DNA from: Octopus vulgaris
Taxonomy: Eukaryota
Direction: 5' to 3'
DNA: 64,000 nt
NCBI GenBank assembly: GCA_951406725.2
Contig: OX597833.1
Coordinates: forward strand, 21,824,001-21,888,000
In this document: one piece after another, positions 48,484-61,161 of the stretch
Numbering within the stretch: the stretch's first letter is position 1
How the letters are laid out: the number at the start of each line of letters is the position of its first letter
Notes under the pieces: generated by a model
What the model was told of the DNA's origin: nothing
The model's database searches: none
Seen by the model: only the letters and a program-made list of their open reading frames with translations
Program-made: the position numbers and the translations under genes

Positions 48484-48754
48484 CTGTTGTGTCTGGGGAG
48501 AATTATTCTCTTTTAGTGGCTTATAATTTAACACACTCACCGGTGAAATTTCCACTCAATTATTTATATTTCTAAAATTTTCGTTGCGTCTTGCAACCTT
48601 TTCAAAAATTGTTGACTCTCAACAACTATTGAAAAGGTTGCAAAACGCAACGAAAGTTTTAAAAGAAGTAAATAAGTAAATGAGTGGAAATTTTACCGGT
48701 AAATGTGTTAAATTATAAGGCATAAAAAGAGAATGTCTCTCCCTAAACACAACA
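48484..48754. mobile_element. ~270-bp imperfect palindrome, probably inverted Penelope-type termini or a MITE
   Basis: CTGTTGTGTCTGGGGAGA...TTGCAACCTTTTCAA mirrored by TTGAAAAGGTTGCAA...CTCCCTAAACACAACAG, with a ~20-nt centre. Confidence 0.8.
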
Positions 48755-49002
48755 GAATATGCTTTAACACACGAACTCACATAAAGAATCTAGCAAACCA
48801 AATCCAAAAAACGAAATATATGCACACACACATATATGCATACATATATATATATATATATATATGCATATATATGTATGTATGCATACAATTTACAATT
48901 AGGCGAAATTTGTAAACTTTTAATATATGACACATGAGAATCTACATATATAAGTGTGTGCGTGTATATGTGCGTGGATGTGTGTGTTCATGTGTGTATA
49001 TA

Positions 49003-49223
49003 TATTTCTTTACTACCCACAAGGGGCTAAACACAGAGAGGACAAACAAGGACAGACAAACGGATTAAGTCGATTATATCGAACCCAGTGCATAACTGGT
49101 ACTTTAATTTATCGACCCCGAAAGGATGAAAGGCAAAGTCGACCTCGGCGGAATTTGAACTCAGAACGTAGCGGCAGACGAAATACGGCTACGCATTTCG
49201 CCCGGCGTGCTACCGTTTCTGCC
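49003..49223 (-). mobile_element. SINE-B monomer
   Basis: Matches consensus. Confidence 0.9.
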
Positions 49224-49907
49224 ATAGGTGTCTGATGCGCGCTCACATATGCTTGTCTGTAAAACTTGTCGAATGTGTTGCGTTTAGAAGTAATTCTTTT
49301 TTACTTGTGTATCTATATGTGTATATGTATGAGAATAGTTTTATTAAAATTGAAAGCTTGTGCATTCATCTGCAAAAATGTCACCAAATTTATAGCTGTG
49401 CGTGTATGTATGCTTGTGGCATGTGTGCAAGTGTGTGCGTTTATGTGTGTATGTGTGTGCATGTGTGGCTATTACAGCCAAGTAAAATATATGCGTACCG
49501 CACATAATTAATCAGTTTCACACAAACACACACACACACATGTATATATACCAGACAATCATGAAAACGTGTATGCGTGAGTGCACGTGTTATATCGTAA
49601 GTATCGTGTGTGCGTTTGGGCGTGTGTATGCGTGAGTGAGTGAATGCGCGTATTCGTATAGGAGATATATACGCGCGTCTGTACAGATGTCAGCCGGTGT
49701 TCTTAAGTTCGTCTCTAAAATCACCGTTAAGGGCAGCTGGAGCACAGCTTAGACATCAAAAATACGCATGTTATCTACAAATAATATGCCCCTGCGCATA
49801 TGTCGTGTCTAGAGCTCATCTGTCAATGCGCGCACGCGCGCTTGTGTGTGTGTGTGTCAGTAGCAGATGGGTGAGTATCGGTTTAACTCCACTCTACTAA
49901 TAAATTG

Positions 49908-50318
49908 GCCCTCCGTCGGTTGTCGACGACGAACATTCCAGTTGATCCGATCAATAGAACAGCCTGTTCGTAAAATTAACATGCAAATGGCTGAGCGCTC
50001 CACAGACACGTGTACTCTTAACGTAGTTCTCAGGAAGATTCCACGATTATTTTCAACCACTGAACTAACTTGGGATTTATGGAAAGAAAGCTTTAAACTG
50101 CCACGGTACGTCGCAGGTGAGCTGCAAGACGCAGGAGGAAAGAGTGAGAGAAAGTTGTGGCGAAAGATTCTGCAGAAGTTCGCCATTACCTTCTGCCAGA
50201 GCTGCGTGGAGCTTAGGTATTTTGCTCGTAAGCACACACATCGTCCGGTCTGAGATTCGAACCCGCGATCCCTCGACCGTGAGTCCGCTGCTCTAACCAC
50301 TAGGCCATGTACTTCCAC
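49908..50318 (-). mobile_element. SINE-A variant with internal replacement (~50040-50130)
   Basis: Head GTGGAAGTACATGGCCTAGTGGTTAGAGCAGCGGAC and SINE-A tail. Confidence 0.85.
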
Positions 50319-50362
50319 TCACTCGTTTATTACTGTTCTTAATTTGTTTATGTCCAATGTTT

Positions 50363-50399
50363 TGAAATCTTTCGCCACACACTGTGACCTCTTCAGCAC
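50363..50399 (-). ncRNA. Minimal hammerhead-like motif
   Basis: GUG-CUGAAGA-G-GUCAC[AGUGU]GUGGC-GAAA-GAU-UU-CA; stem I only 2 bp. Confidence 0.5.
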
Positions 50400-50749
50400 T
50401 CTTCCATCTCGTGTATCTCATGTTCTGTTTTGTGTATTGTAGTCGTATAACCAATTTGTTGCACACATTTTAACAACAAAAACTTACGTGGACACCTAAG
50501 GGTCATATGGCCCTGGTTGAAAACCACTGTATTAGAGTAATCAAAGAAAAATAGGCAAGATCACTTAGTTCTTTCAGGTAGGAGTATCGATGGTGTTGCT
50601 GTGAGCGTTGTCGAGGTGTAGATTTGAACCAGCGCCTAATCCAGCAAGCAGTCAGTCCTAGGAAAGATGACCGATCCATAGATCCTGTGCGTCAAGATAC
50701 ATCATGTCACTTGTATTCGGAGCCGGGTTCTTCTTCTTCTTTTTTTTCA

Positions 50750-51105
50750 CCGATTTTAGTCATTGGAATGCAGCCATGCTGGGGCACTGCCTTGTAGGGT
50801 TTTAGACAAAGAAATCGACTCTAGTACATTATTTAGTTTCAAAGTGTTTTTGCCGAACCGCTAAGTTTCGGGGATGTAAACATACCAACACCGGTTGTCA
50901 ACCACAGACGAGACAACACAAACATACATACAGAAATGTGCATGTATGCATGAATATATATGTATATATATGACGGGCTTCCACACAGTTTCCGTCAAAT
51001 TTACTCACAGGCTATTCGTTAGCTGGGGCTATAGTAGAAGACACTTGCTCGAGGTTTGTAGGACTGAACCCGAAACCAAGCAAGTGGCGGCAAAGCGAGT
51101 TTCTT
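50750..51105 (-). mobile_element. SINE-C, old copy
   Basis: Matches consensus. Confidence 0.75.
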
Positions 51106-51526
51106 ACTCTCTCTCTCCCTCTCTCTCACTCACACACACACACACACACACACAGAGCCTCACTTAAAAGTGGATGTTGTGTTAGAACACAGTATACTAC
51201 AACAGTTACCATGAGAGAATCTCTCGTGTGAACTCTCAGTGCATATAAGCACTCTTCTTTATACATCGCTAGCGGGGAGATAAATCACCCGCAATCGTCG
51301 CCGTCAATTCAAAAACATTCAAAAGCTTGTACTTCGGTACTCGCCTATGTGTTCGTCTATTTTTGCTGTGTACTCATTTTTATTTTCGACTCGATCTGGG
51401 GCCTTACCATTTAACGGCCTGATTCACTTGAATCCTGATCTATTATGTGTGTGTGTGTGTTTACACAACACACACACTCACATATATAAAGTATGGGGGT
51501 TTAGTTCACAGGTGATCTAAACGATT

Positions 51527-51917
51527 CTTTCTTCTTTAGCACTCCGTCGGTTACGACGATGAGGGTTCCGGTTGATCCGAATCAACGGAACAGCCTGCTC
51601 GTGAAATTAACGTGTAAGTGGCTGAGCACTCCACAGACACGTGCACCCTTAACGTAGTTCTCGGGGATATTCAGCGTGACACAGAGAGTGACAAGGCCGG
51701 CCCCTTGAAATACAGGTACAACAGAAACAGGAAGTAAGAGTGAGAGAAAGTTGTGGTGAAAGAGTACAGCAGGGATCACCACCATCCCCTGCCGGAGCCT
51801 CGTGGAGCTTTTAGGTGTTTTCGCTCAATAAACACTCACAACGCCCGGTCTGGGAATCGAAACCGCGATCCTATGACCGCGAGTCCGCTGCCCTAACCAC
51901 TGGGTCATTGCGCCTCC
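51527..51917 (-). mobile_element. SINE-A, full length, young
   Basis: 13-bp TSD GATCTAAACGATT at 51514-51526 and 51918-51930. Confidence 0.93.
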
Positions 51918-52092
51918 GATCTAAACGATTAAGTACGCTAGTTAAGTGCTGTAACGGATTACTAGGGCTCCAAGGTTATAGCCGAGACGGTGGTTATGGA
52001 GCCATTGCAGATATCCAATGCAGCGGATATCTTATTGTTAAACAGGACAACAAACGTTAAGGCAAGGCAAACATCTCAAGTCATATACAATA

Positions 52093-52464
52093 CTAGCAGT
52101 ATCGTCTGGCGTTGCTCGGGTTTGTAAGGGAAATAACTATAAAGCATTTTTAGAGAGTTATAGCCAAAAAATGGGAAAAAAATGATGGTAAATTTTTTTT
52201 TAGTTAAAAAGGTCGAGTTGCGTCCCCTAGACAGTCTGTGGTTTGTGTTTCTGATTCTTGACCCCATGTAGAATTTATCGATTTTTTTCAGAACGGGGGG
52301 AACTTTTTAAAATTTTCGCTGCGTTAGTTTTGAATTATGACATTGGGCTATGTGTGTGTCAAGTTTCATCAGAATCGGTTGAAAGCCGTGGTCAGGGTGA
52401 GGGTACAACCTAACAGACACACAGAAACACACACAGACAAACTGCCGTTTATATAGAGAGAAGA
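52093..52464 (-). mobile_element. Non-autonomous Helitron-like element
   Basis: Minus strand A|TC start at 52464, CCCGAGCAACGCCAGACG subterminal motif and CTAG|T end at 52093; 3' part homologous to 171-567. Confidence 0.75.
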
Positions 52465-52957
52465 TTAATATTTTTTTCCAACAGTAATAATGTAAAACGA
52501 CTTGAGATGTTTGCCTTGCCTTAACGTTTGTTGTCTTCTTTAACAATTATATATGTATCTTTCAATCGAGAGGTGAAACTGGGAAAACGAGTTTTGCTGT
52601 TACTTAATAAAACCAGGTTATTGAGTACTTAGAACTTGTAAATACTTCGAGAGAAACTTCATTTAAATAAAGAGCGATTCACTGGTGGTGAAAAACTGTT
52701 GTAAACTATGGGCTTAAGACCAAACCAAGCCTAAACCTGGTACTGGCTTCATCTAACTACGGACCATACAGCACACTTCGTCGACGTACAGTGATGATGG
52801 GAGACAGTTTGTTGCTGGAATAAACTCTAATCTTCACACTATCTACTCGTCACAGTATTTACCGGTGTATAAGACGCACCCCTGTTTTACAAGTATGTTA
52901 TGTGGAACAAAACAAATTTAGTATATTTCATCATACACCAACTAAAAGGTATTTTAA

Positions 52958-53174
52958 CCCTTTAGTATTCAAATTACTCCATTAAATGTAATGTTTATTT
53001 ATTCTTATTGTTTTGAATTAAACAGGCATCATTTCGCAGCTTCAAGATTTTGAAGTTATTGTATATTTTCAGAATGACATTATCGTGTTGCTGTGGAAAG
53101 CTAGATATGATCATTTTGAGCATAAAACAAGTAGAATATCTGAGCCAGATGTGGTTGGTTTAAATTCTACGGAG
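52958..53174. mobile_element. piggyBac-like MITE, decayed
   Basis: TTAA|CCCTTTAGTATTCAAA left end and TTAAATTCTACGGAG|TTAA right end. Confidence 0.5.
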
Positions 53175-53492
53175 TTAAAGTGATTTTCAGTGGGAAAATA
53201 TGATTTTGTGCACGAAATACAATGCTATGAAAGCACAGTGCCATACATTTACCAAAAATTAACTACGTCATACGTATACTGTGTTTCGTCTTAATCTACG
53301 CATATGCCATTCCCATCATATGCAATATCTAAACACGAAAACACTCCCATACTTGCACATGCATATCTGCCTCTCCTTCCTTCTTAACGCCGCCCCACCT
53401 CATAGAACCGCAATTCCACCTGCCTCCTAACCACTTGCCCGTTATTATTCTGGCCGATTTTAGTTTTTTCTCACCCCCTTATAGTTTCCTCT

Positions 53493-53530
53493 TTTTCTGA
53501 TGAGGGACTAATGTCCGAAACGCTATGACT
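53493..53530 (+). ncRNA. Minimal hammerhead-like motif
   Basis: UUUU-CUGAUGA-G-GGAC[UAAU]GUCC-GAAA-CGC-UA-UGAC; canonical core and perfect stem II, decayed stem I. Confidence 0.55.
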
Positions 53531-53651
53531 CTTTCGCTTCATTTTAAGCGCCGAACTTTATACCCCCACCATGCTGGGTTTTTTTCTTCTTTTAGTGTAC
53601 ATTATATGGGGGAGGAGTATTCATAACACTCACCACACACACACATAGACA

Positions 53652-54980
53652 TACTAAAGAAAGAAAAATTATCCGCACTTTATTTTGGTTGGCTGCATTA
53701 TCTTCGCCAAAACTTTCATTGGCTGCACTGTTTTCAGTGCTCATATGCTAATAGGTGATACACTTACGTAACCGAGGTTCGACCTTGATCGTTCCAGTTT
53801 TCTTTTCGTGTAACAGACTAAATATAACCGCTCTGCTGACAGTGTAGAAAAGGAAGAAGAGAAATCAGTAATCCGATTTCTCTGGTCTGAAGGTGTGTCA
53901 AGGAATGAAATTCATCGCAGGCGTCCAAGTTAGATACAAAGACAGGGCTCTACCTCTACCATGCGGAAGTGTGTATAAGTGGATCGAGAAATTTTTAAAT
54001 GGCCCGACACGCGTAAAGCACGAAGAGAGAGCAGGATACTTATCAACATTCACCACTGACGTGAAGATTCAACAGACTCGAAAGATGGTTCTGGCAAACC
54101 GATGACCGACCAGCGATGAGGTGGCATATTCTCTGCAAATTAGTCATAGTTCTGCATACGAAATCACTCATAACAAACTTTCGCTTCCGTAAAATCCGAG
54201 CAAGATGGGTGCCAAGATTGATTAGCAAAGCACATAAGTGCAATTGTATGGAGACCTGTCAACGCTTATTCGACCATCACAACGATGAAGGCGAAGCTTT
54301 TTTGGAAAGAATAGTCATAAAGGATGATACCTGGGTCTATCTCTTTTAGTCAGAATCCAAAAGGCAGACTATCGAGTGGAAACACCAGCGCAAAAGATAT
54401 TGAAGACGCAACCTCTCACAGAAAACGTAATGGTAACCGTTTCTTGAGATGCAAAAGTGCCTATACAAGAACATTACCAGGGAAAATATTCTACAGTTAC
54501 CAGTGTAGGTCACAGTGAAATGCTGATGAACAAACTGAAAGCAGCAATTCGCACCAAACAACGGGGTCTATTACCGAATCGAGTGTAATGGTTGCAGAGC
54601 AATGCAAACCGACATATGACCGCCCACACCGTTGAAGCCATTGAAAAATTGGGTTTCGACTTGCTGGGACTCCCTGCATACGGTCCAGATCTCGTCGCTT
54701 CTGATTTTTACCCCATTGGACCGCTCAAACATCTTTAACGAACTCGTCGATTTGCTACGGACAAAGAAGTGCGGGAAGCGGTAAATAAATGGCTGTGCAA
54801 CCAGCCGTAAACCTTATTTACTCTCCAATGGAATAAGCAGCAAGCCTGTGGACTGCGCGAAGAAGTGCAACGAAATGCAAAGAGACTAGGTTGAAAAATG
54901 ATGTAATTGTTCAACCACTGCTATAGTTTCAATAAATTACAGAAACAAGAGAATACTTTTTTTTTACATACTCTCTTATA
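53652..54980 (+). mobile_element. Decayed mariner DNA transposon
   Basis: ~1.3 kb with transposase remnant; degenerate TIRs AAAAATTATCCGCACTT / AGAGAATACTTTTT...CTCTTATA. Confidence 0.85.
53840..54903 (+). pseudogene. Mariner transposase pseudogene
   Basis: SVIRFLWSEG, VYKWIEKF, ARWVPRL (WVPR at 54207-54218), FLERIVIKDDTWV, PAYGPDLVASDF (YSPDLAPSD motif); several stops and frameshifts. Confidence 0.9.
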
Positions 54981-54981
54981 T

Positions 54982-55205
54982 ATTCTTTTATTCTTTCATT
55001 TGTTTCAGTCATTTGACTGCGGCCATGCTGGAGTACCACCTTTAGTCGAAGAAATCGACCCCAGGACTTATTCTTTGTAAGCCTACCACTTATTCTATCG
55101 TTCTCTTTTTTACTGAACCGCTAAGTGATGGGGACGTAAACACACCAACGTCGGTTGTCAAGCGAAGGTGTGTGTGTGTGTGGGACAAACATAGACAAAT
55201 AACAA

Positions 55206-55247
<42 letters not shown>

Positions 55248-55280
55248 GACGGGCTTCTTTCAGTTTCCGTCTACCAAATC
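54982..55280 (-). mobile_element. SINE-C, 5'-truncated
   Basis: Matches consensus. Confidence 0.88.
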
Positions 55281-55507
55281 CTGGGTAAATCCCATTTGTT
55301 TCCTCTTGAAGCACTTCTGCTTATTTCATTATTACAATCCAGCATGTAGTCTCAGTTGCTGTTGTATGTTAGTTCAAAATACATATTAAAATTGAGAATT
55401 ATGGAAATATTTGCAATATATATGCGCGCTGGGTCACACTAGAGCGGAGACCGAAGGGTCAGGTGGGGACTCATCATGAGTCCTGCTACCTACGTAATAA
55501 AATTTCA

Positions 55508-55712
55508 CAGGAGTGGTTGTGTTGTAAGTAGCTTGCTTACTAACCGCATGGTTCCGGGTTCAGTCCTACTGCGTGGCACCTTGGGCAAGTGTCTTCTACT
55601 ATAGCTTCGACCCGACCAAAGCCTTGTGAGTGGATTTGGTAGACGGAAACTGAAAGAAGCCCGTCATATATATGTATATGCATATATATATATATGCACA
55701 TATATATATATA

Positions 55713-55772
<60 letters not shown>

Positions 55773-55948
55773 AATAGAAAGATGAATAATCTTGTTGCAG
55801 ATTAATCAAAAGTTTAACCGATACCTTGGTAGCAAAAATCACAGCAGAAGACATTGAATTTGGTAAATTGTGCCTTTCGAAACACGTGTAGAATGCAATA
55901 AAACGATTTCTGTTCAATCTTCGTTCAACTCCATTTCTTCAATTCACT

Positions 55949-56000
<52 letters not shown>

Positions 56001-56245
56001 ACATTTTCAATATATATATATATATATGTATGTGTGTGTATATGCTTGTGTGTCTGTGTTTGTTTCCCCAACATCGCTTGACAACCAATGCTGGTGTGTT
56101 TACGTCCCCGTAACGTAGCGGTTCGGCAAAACAGGCCGATAGAATAAGTACTAAGCTTACAAAGAATAAGTCCTGGAATCGATTTGCTCGACTAAAGGCG
56201 GTGCTCCAGCATGGCCACAGTCACATGACTGAAACAAGTAAAAGA
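55508..56245 (+). mobile_element. SINE-C whose internal (TA)n contains a ~180-bp foreign insert (55770-55952)
   Basis: 5' half at 55508-55665 and 3' half at 56030-56245. Confidence 0.8.
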
Positions 56246-56434
56246 GCTTCTGCTTTTGGCGTCAAAGTTGTCTTGTTACCCCTTATAATATTTCTTTCGG
56301 AGGCTCTTTATAGGTGTCCAACCATCTATCCATCCATGCGTACATGCATAAATACATATATGCATCATACACGCACGAGCACATGCGCAAACACCTAAGT
56401 CCGAAAGAGACAAGTTCACACAACATAAATGCAG

Positions 56435-56436
<2 letters not shown>

Positions 56437-56503
<67 letters not shown>

Positions 56504-56518
56504 TATCCATATATATAT

Positions 56519-56567
<49 letters not shown>

Positions 56568-56570
56568 TAT

Positions 56571-56628
<58 letters not shown>

Positions 56629-56700
56629 ATATATATATCCATATATATATACATAAATGCAGGTGTATATATATGCATGCATGCATGCATGTATGTATCT
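56437..56700. repeat. (TA)n field with internal duplications
   Basis: Seen directly. Confidence 0.95.
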
Positions 56701-56980
56701 AGCTACTTGGCTAGACTAGATAAGTAGATACATAAGATATGGTATAGATACATATAAATAACCTATATACATACATGTCATTTGATATTTCGATACAACG
56801 TTATTTCATTTCCACCACAACAGCAATAACAACAAACCACCTCTAAGAATCACATCATCGAAATTCACATTTTTAAAAACTAGTTTTCGTAGTACACACA
56901 CACACACACAAATGTATATAATACATAGATGGGATCTTGTAAATCTCAAATCTAACAAGATCGTGTGTATGTGTGTACTG

Positions 56981-57200
56981 TTTTACTCTTTTACTTGTTT
57001 CAGTCATTTGACTGCGGCCATGCTGGAGCACCGCCTTTAGTCGAGCAAATCGACCCCGGGACTTATTCTTTGTAAGCCTAGTACTTATCCTATCGGTCTG
57101 TTTTGCCGAACCGCTAAGTGACGGGGACGTAAACACACCAGTATCGGTTGTCAAGCAATGCTAGGGGGACAAACACAGACACACAAACACACACACACAT
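56981..57200 (-). mobile_element. SINE-C 3' half, young
   Basis: Matches consensus. Confidence 0.9.
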
Positions 57201-57266
<66 letters not shown>

Positions 57267-57484
57267 AAACTTCCAATCTTAAATCTAACATTATATATAT
57301 ATATATATACATATACATACGTGTGTGTGCGTGTGTATTTACTATTGACTCCGCCCATCTCTTTCCACGTCAGTTTTAATATTGTTATTACTATTTTCAT
57401 TGTTATTTTTATTTTCTTATTTTAAACTCCATTTCCAGCTAATATTAGATTTTTTTTCTTCTTGACTTTTACTATTTTGTTCTC

Positions 57485-57600
57485 AGCTCCGCCTTCATTC
57501 TCCCTGCCGACTCCCGTGACTCCAAAACATCAACCAATAAACCTTGACCTCCAGAAACCTGCTCAGCCAATCATAGCTGTCGTCAGATCAGTCTCTTTCT
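57485..57600 (+). promoter_or_regulatory. Candidate Pol II promoter: GC box, two CCAAT boxes, Inr-like TCAGTC
   Basis: CTCCGCC at 57487, CCAAT at 57534 and 57567 (AGCCAATCA), TCAGTC at 57588-57593, in non-repetitive sequence. Confidence 0.3.
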
Positions 57601-57934
57601 CTCTCTCTACTATATCTCCCTGTCTTATTGTGTGTGTCTAGTGCAGTGCGAGGCTAAAAGGGTAGAGGTGTCATTTTTTTTTCTCTTTCTTGTGTTAGCT
57701 TTTTTTTACTTTTGCTTTCTTTTTTTTACTTACTGTCTGTTGGAATCTAGGTCATACCATGTATACGCAGTCATACAGTCACAAATACGTACACACGCAT
57801 ACACGCACAAATTCACAAAAACTCACACACACAGATAAGGTAACCGTGAGTGTGTGATGTGAGTTGTGTGTGTGTGTATGTGCCTCTAAATGTGAGCGTG
57901 TGTTGTCTTTAAACATACACATGTGTGTGTGTAT

Positions 57935-57967
<33 letters not shown>

Positions 57968-58033
57968 CATATATACATATATATATATATATACATATAT
58001 ATATGTATATAAATATATGCATATATATATATA

Positions 58034-58325
58034 TAGCCCCGGGCCGACCAATGCCTTGTAAGTGGATTTGGTAGACGGAAACTGAAAGAAGCCTGTCGTA
58101 TATATGTATGTGAGTGTGTGTCTGTGTTTGTCCCCCTAGCATTGCTTGACAACCGATGCTGGTGTGTTTACGTCCCCGTCACTTAGCGGTTCGGCAAAAG
58201 AGACCGATAGAATAAGTACTGGGCTTACAAAGAATAAGTCCCGGGGTCGAGTTGCTCGATTAAAGGCGGTGCTCCAGCATGGCCGCAGTCAAATGACTGA
58301 AACAAGTAAAAGAGTAAGAGTAAAG
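58034..58325 (+). mobile_element. SINE-C, 5'-truncated, young
   Basis: Matches consensus. Confidence 0.9.
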
Positions 58326-58384
58326 AGTATATATATACTGTGTGTGTGTGTGTGTACGTATATATATACACACACACACATATT

Positions 58385-58773
58385 ATTCTTTTATCTGTTT
58401 CAGTCATTGGAGTGGCCATACTGGGACACCACCTTGAATTTTAGTCGAACGAATCGACCCTAGTACTTTTTCCTTTTTTTTAAAGCTTGGTAACTCATTC
58501 TATCTGTGTCTTCTGCTGAACCGCTACGTTACGGGGAGGTAAACACAACAACACCGGTTGTCAAGCGGTGGTGGGGGAGAAACAGACACAGACACACACA
58601 TACATATATACCAGAGGCTTCTTTCAGTTTCCGTCTACGAAATCCAATCACAAGGCTGCGGTCGGCCCGAGGCTATAGCAAAAGACATCCGCCCAAGATG
58701 CCACGCAGTGGGACTGAACCCGGAACCATGTGGTTGGGAAGCAAGCTTCTTACTACACAGTCACGCCTGCGCC
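58385..58773 (-). mobile_element. SINE-C, older subfamily
   Basis: Matches consensus. Confidence 0.88.
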
Positions 58774-58854
58774 TATGTATACACATGCAGTTATTCCTGC
58801 ATCTTGGGTCCTGAAGTTCAAATTCCAACATAGCCTACAGTACGTGGTATACTT

Positions 58855-59263
58855 ATTCTCTTTACTCTTTTACTTGTTTCAGTCATTTGACTGTGGCCAT
58901 GCTGGAGCACCGCCTTTAGTCGAGCAAATCGACCCCGGGACTTATTCTTTGTAAGCCCAGTACTTATTCTATCGGTCTCTTTTGCCGAACCGCTAAGTGA
59001 CGGGGACGTAAACACACCAGCATCGGTTGTCAAGCGATGTTGGGTGAGGGGACAAACACAGACACACAAACATACACACACATATATATATACATATATA
59101 CGACAGGCTTCTTTCATTTTCCGTCTACCAAATCCACTCACAAGGCATTGGTCGGCCCGGGGCTATAACAGAAGACACTTGCCCAAGATGCCAGGCAGTG
59201 GGACTGAACCCGGAACCATGTGGTTGGTTAGCAAGCTACTTACCACACAGCCACTCCTGCGCC
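58855..59263 (-). mobile_element. SINE-C, full length, young
   Basis: Matches consensus. Confidence 0.93.
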
Positions 59264-59699
59264 TTAAAGGATTTTTTTTAGTTTGCTGTTTGATTTAACA
59301 ACCCTCACCTTTTATACTTCGAGTATCTCAAGCAGAGTTCACTCTGTTCGTAAAGAATTCGAGGGTAAGTCTCCGGTTTGCGGATAACTTCCTCCCTGGT
59401 TCCAACAGTTTCGGAAACTCTGAAGACTTATGAGTACTGCTTTCCCTCTTTTCTAAAAGATCACACACAAACATACACTAATCTTAATTTTTTACTTCCT
59501 TTTTCTTGTTTTTGTCATTGGACTGCTGCCATGCTGGAGCAGCGCCTCGAAGGGTTTAGTCGAATAAAGCGATCCCAATTTCTTTTTAAAGCTTCGCACC
59601 TATCCTATTGGTTGTTTCTATCGAAACTCTAATTCACGGTGACGTAAACAAACCAACACTAGTTGTCAAGCGTTGAGAGTAGGACAAACGCTCATACAA

Positions 59700-60115
59700 T
59701 TTTAAGGGGTAGGGGAAGTTGATTATCAATCACAGTGTTCAGCTGGTACTTATTTTATTGACCCCGAAAGGATGAAGGGCAAAGACTACTTTGGCCGAAT
59801 TTGAACTCTGAACGTAAAGGCATGAAATAGACCTGTTTCGTCCGGAGGGGCTGACGATTCTGCCAGTTCGCTGCCATATTCCTATATGTAAATGTTATTT
59901 TATAATCCTTCTTATTTACCATAGGCACGAGGCCTGAATTTTTAGGAGGCCAGTCGATTACATTAACCCCAGTGATCACCTGGTGCTTATTCCATCGATC
60001 CCGAGAGGATGAAAGGCAAGGTCGACCTCAATGGAATTTGAACTCAGAACGTAAAGACGGACGAAAATGCTTAACGGCATTTCGTTCGGCGCGCTAACGA
60101 TTCTACCAGCTCGCC
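59700..60115 (-). mobile_element. Two diverged SINE-B copies in tandem
   Basis: GACCCCGAAAGGATGAA.GGCAA / GAATTTGAACTC motifs occur twice. Confidence 0.8.
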
Positions 60116-60654
60116 TGTTATAGTCTGCTTCAATCATATGTAAAGAAACAGTAATATCGGAGAAGATTTTTTTTTTAATGATAAATAAACCGATTACGAC
60201 ATCTGAGTCAGTAAAATTTGTTATATCTATACCAGAACCTACTTTATCAACTATGTTTCGAAGAAATGTTTGTCAGACGACAAGGAAATGACGTGATCGT
60301 CTGCAGTCGATAAGCCGGAGGGTGATGGCATCTGGTTGATTTGGTTTAGATAAATTAAATCGAAGAGAAGAAACAATTAAAAGAGAATACATATGAATTA
60401 ATGCGAATAATGTTCAATCTAAAGCAGTGGAAATATTTATTTCTTCTTAAATATGTGTCTGAGAAATTGCATGTGTAAAAACAAATGGTGATTTCGGGGG
60501 GAAACAAGGGAAATTTTTTGGCGTGATGTCTTCAGAAGAGAGGACGGTCAGTTAACGATGAAGGAAACAAAAAGTGAGATAAAAACTATTATTATTTTTA
60601 TGAAAACCAGGTCACAGTCAGATATATTTTGCTTCGCTACATATTATTTCACTG

Positions 60655-60972
60655 AAGGCGCGTGGCTTAGAGGTTATGGCATTCGGCTCACGATCACAAG
60701 ATTGTAAGTTCGAAAACTGGCGACACGTTGTGTCCTTGAGCAAGACACTTTATTTCACATTGCCCCAGTCCACTCAGCTGGCAAAAGTGAGTAGTGTCTG
60801 TATTTCAAAGGAGCAGTCTTGTCGCGCTCTGCCACGCTGAATCACCCTTAGAATTACATTAAGGGTACGCGTGTCTGTGGAGTGCTCAGTCACTTGACGG
60901 TTAATTTCACGAGCAGGCTGTTCCGTTGATCGGATCAACTGGAACGCTTGTCGTCGTAACCGACGGAATGCT
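60655..60972 (+). mobile_element. SINE with SINE-D head and SINE-A tail
   Basis: Collinear with 14615-14935 and 17408-17730. Confidence 0.85.
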
Positions 60973-61007
60973 GGTGTATTACTTCACTAAAACTACAACA
61001 CGCCAAT

Positions 61008-61076
61008 ATCTATCTATCTATCATCTATCTATCTATCTGTCTATCTATCTATCAGCTATCTATCTATCTATCTATC

Positions 61077-61161
<85 letters not shown>

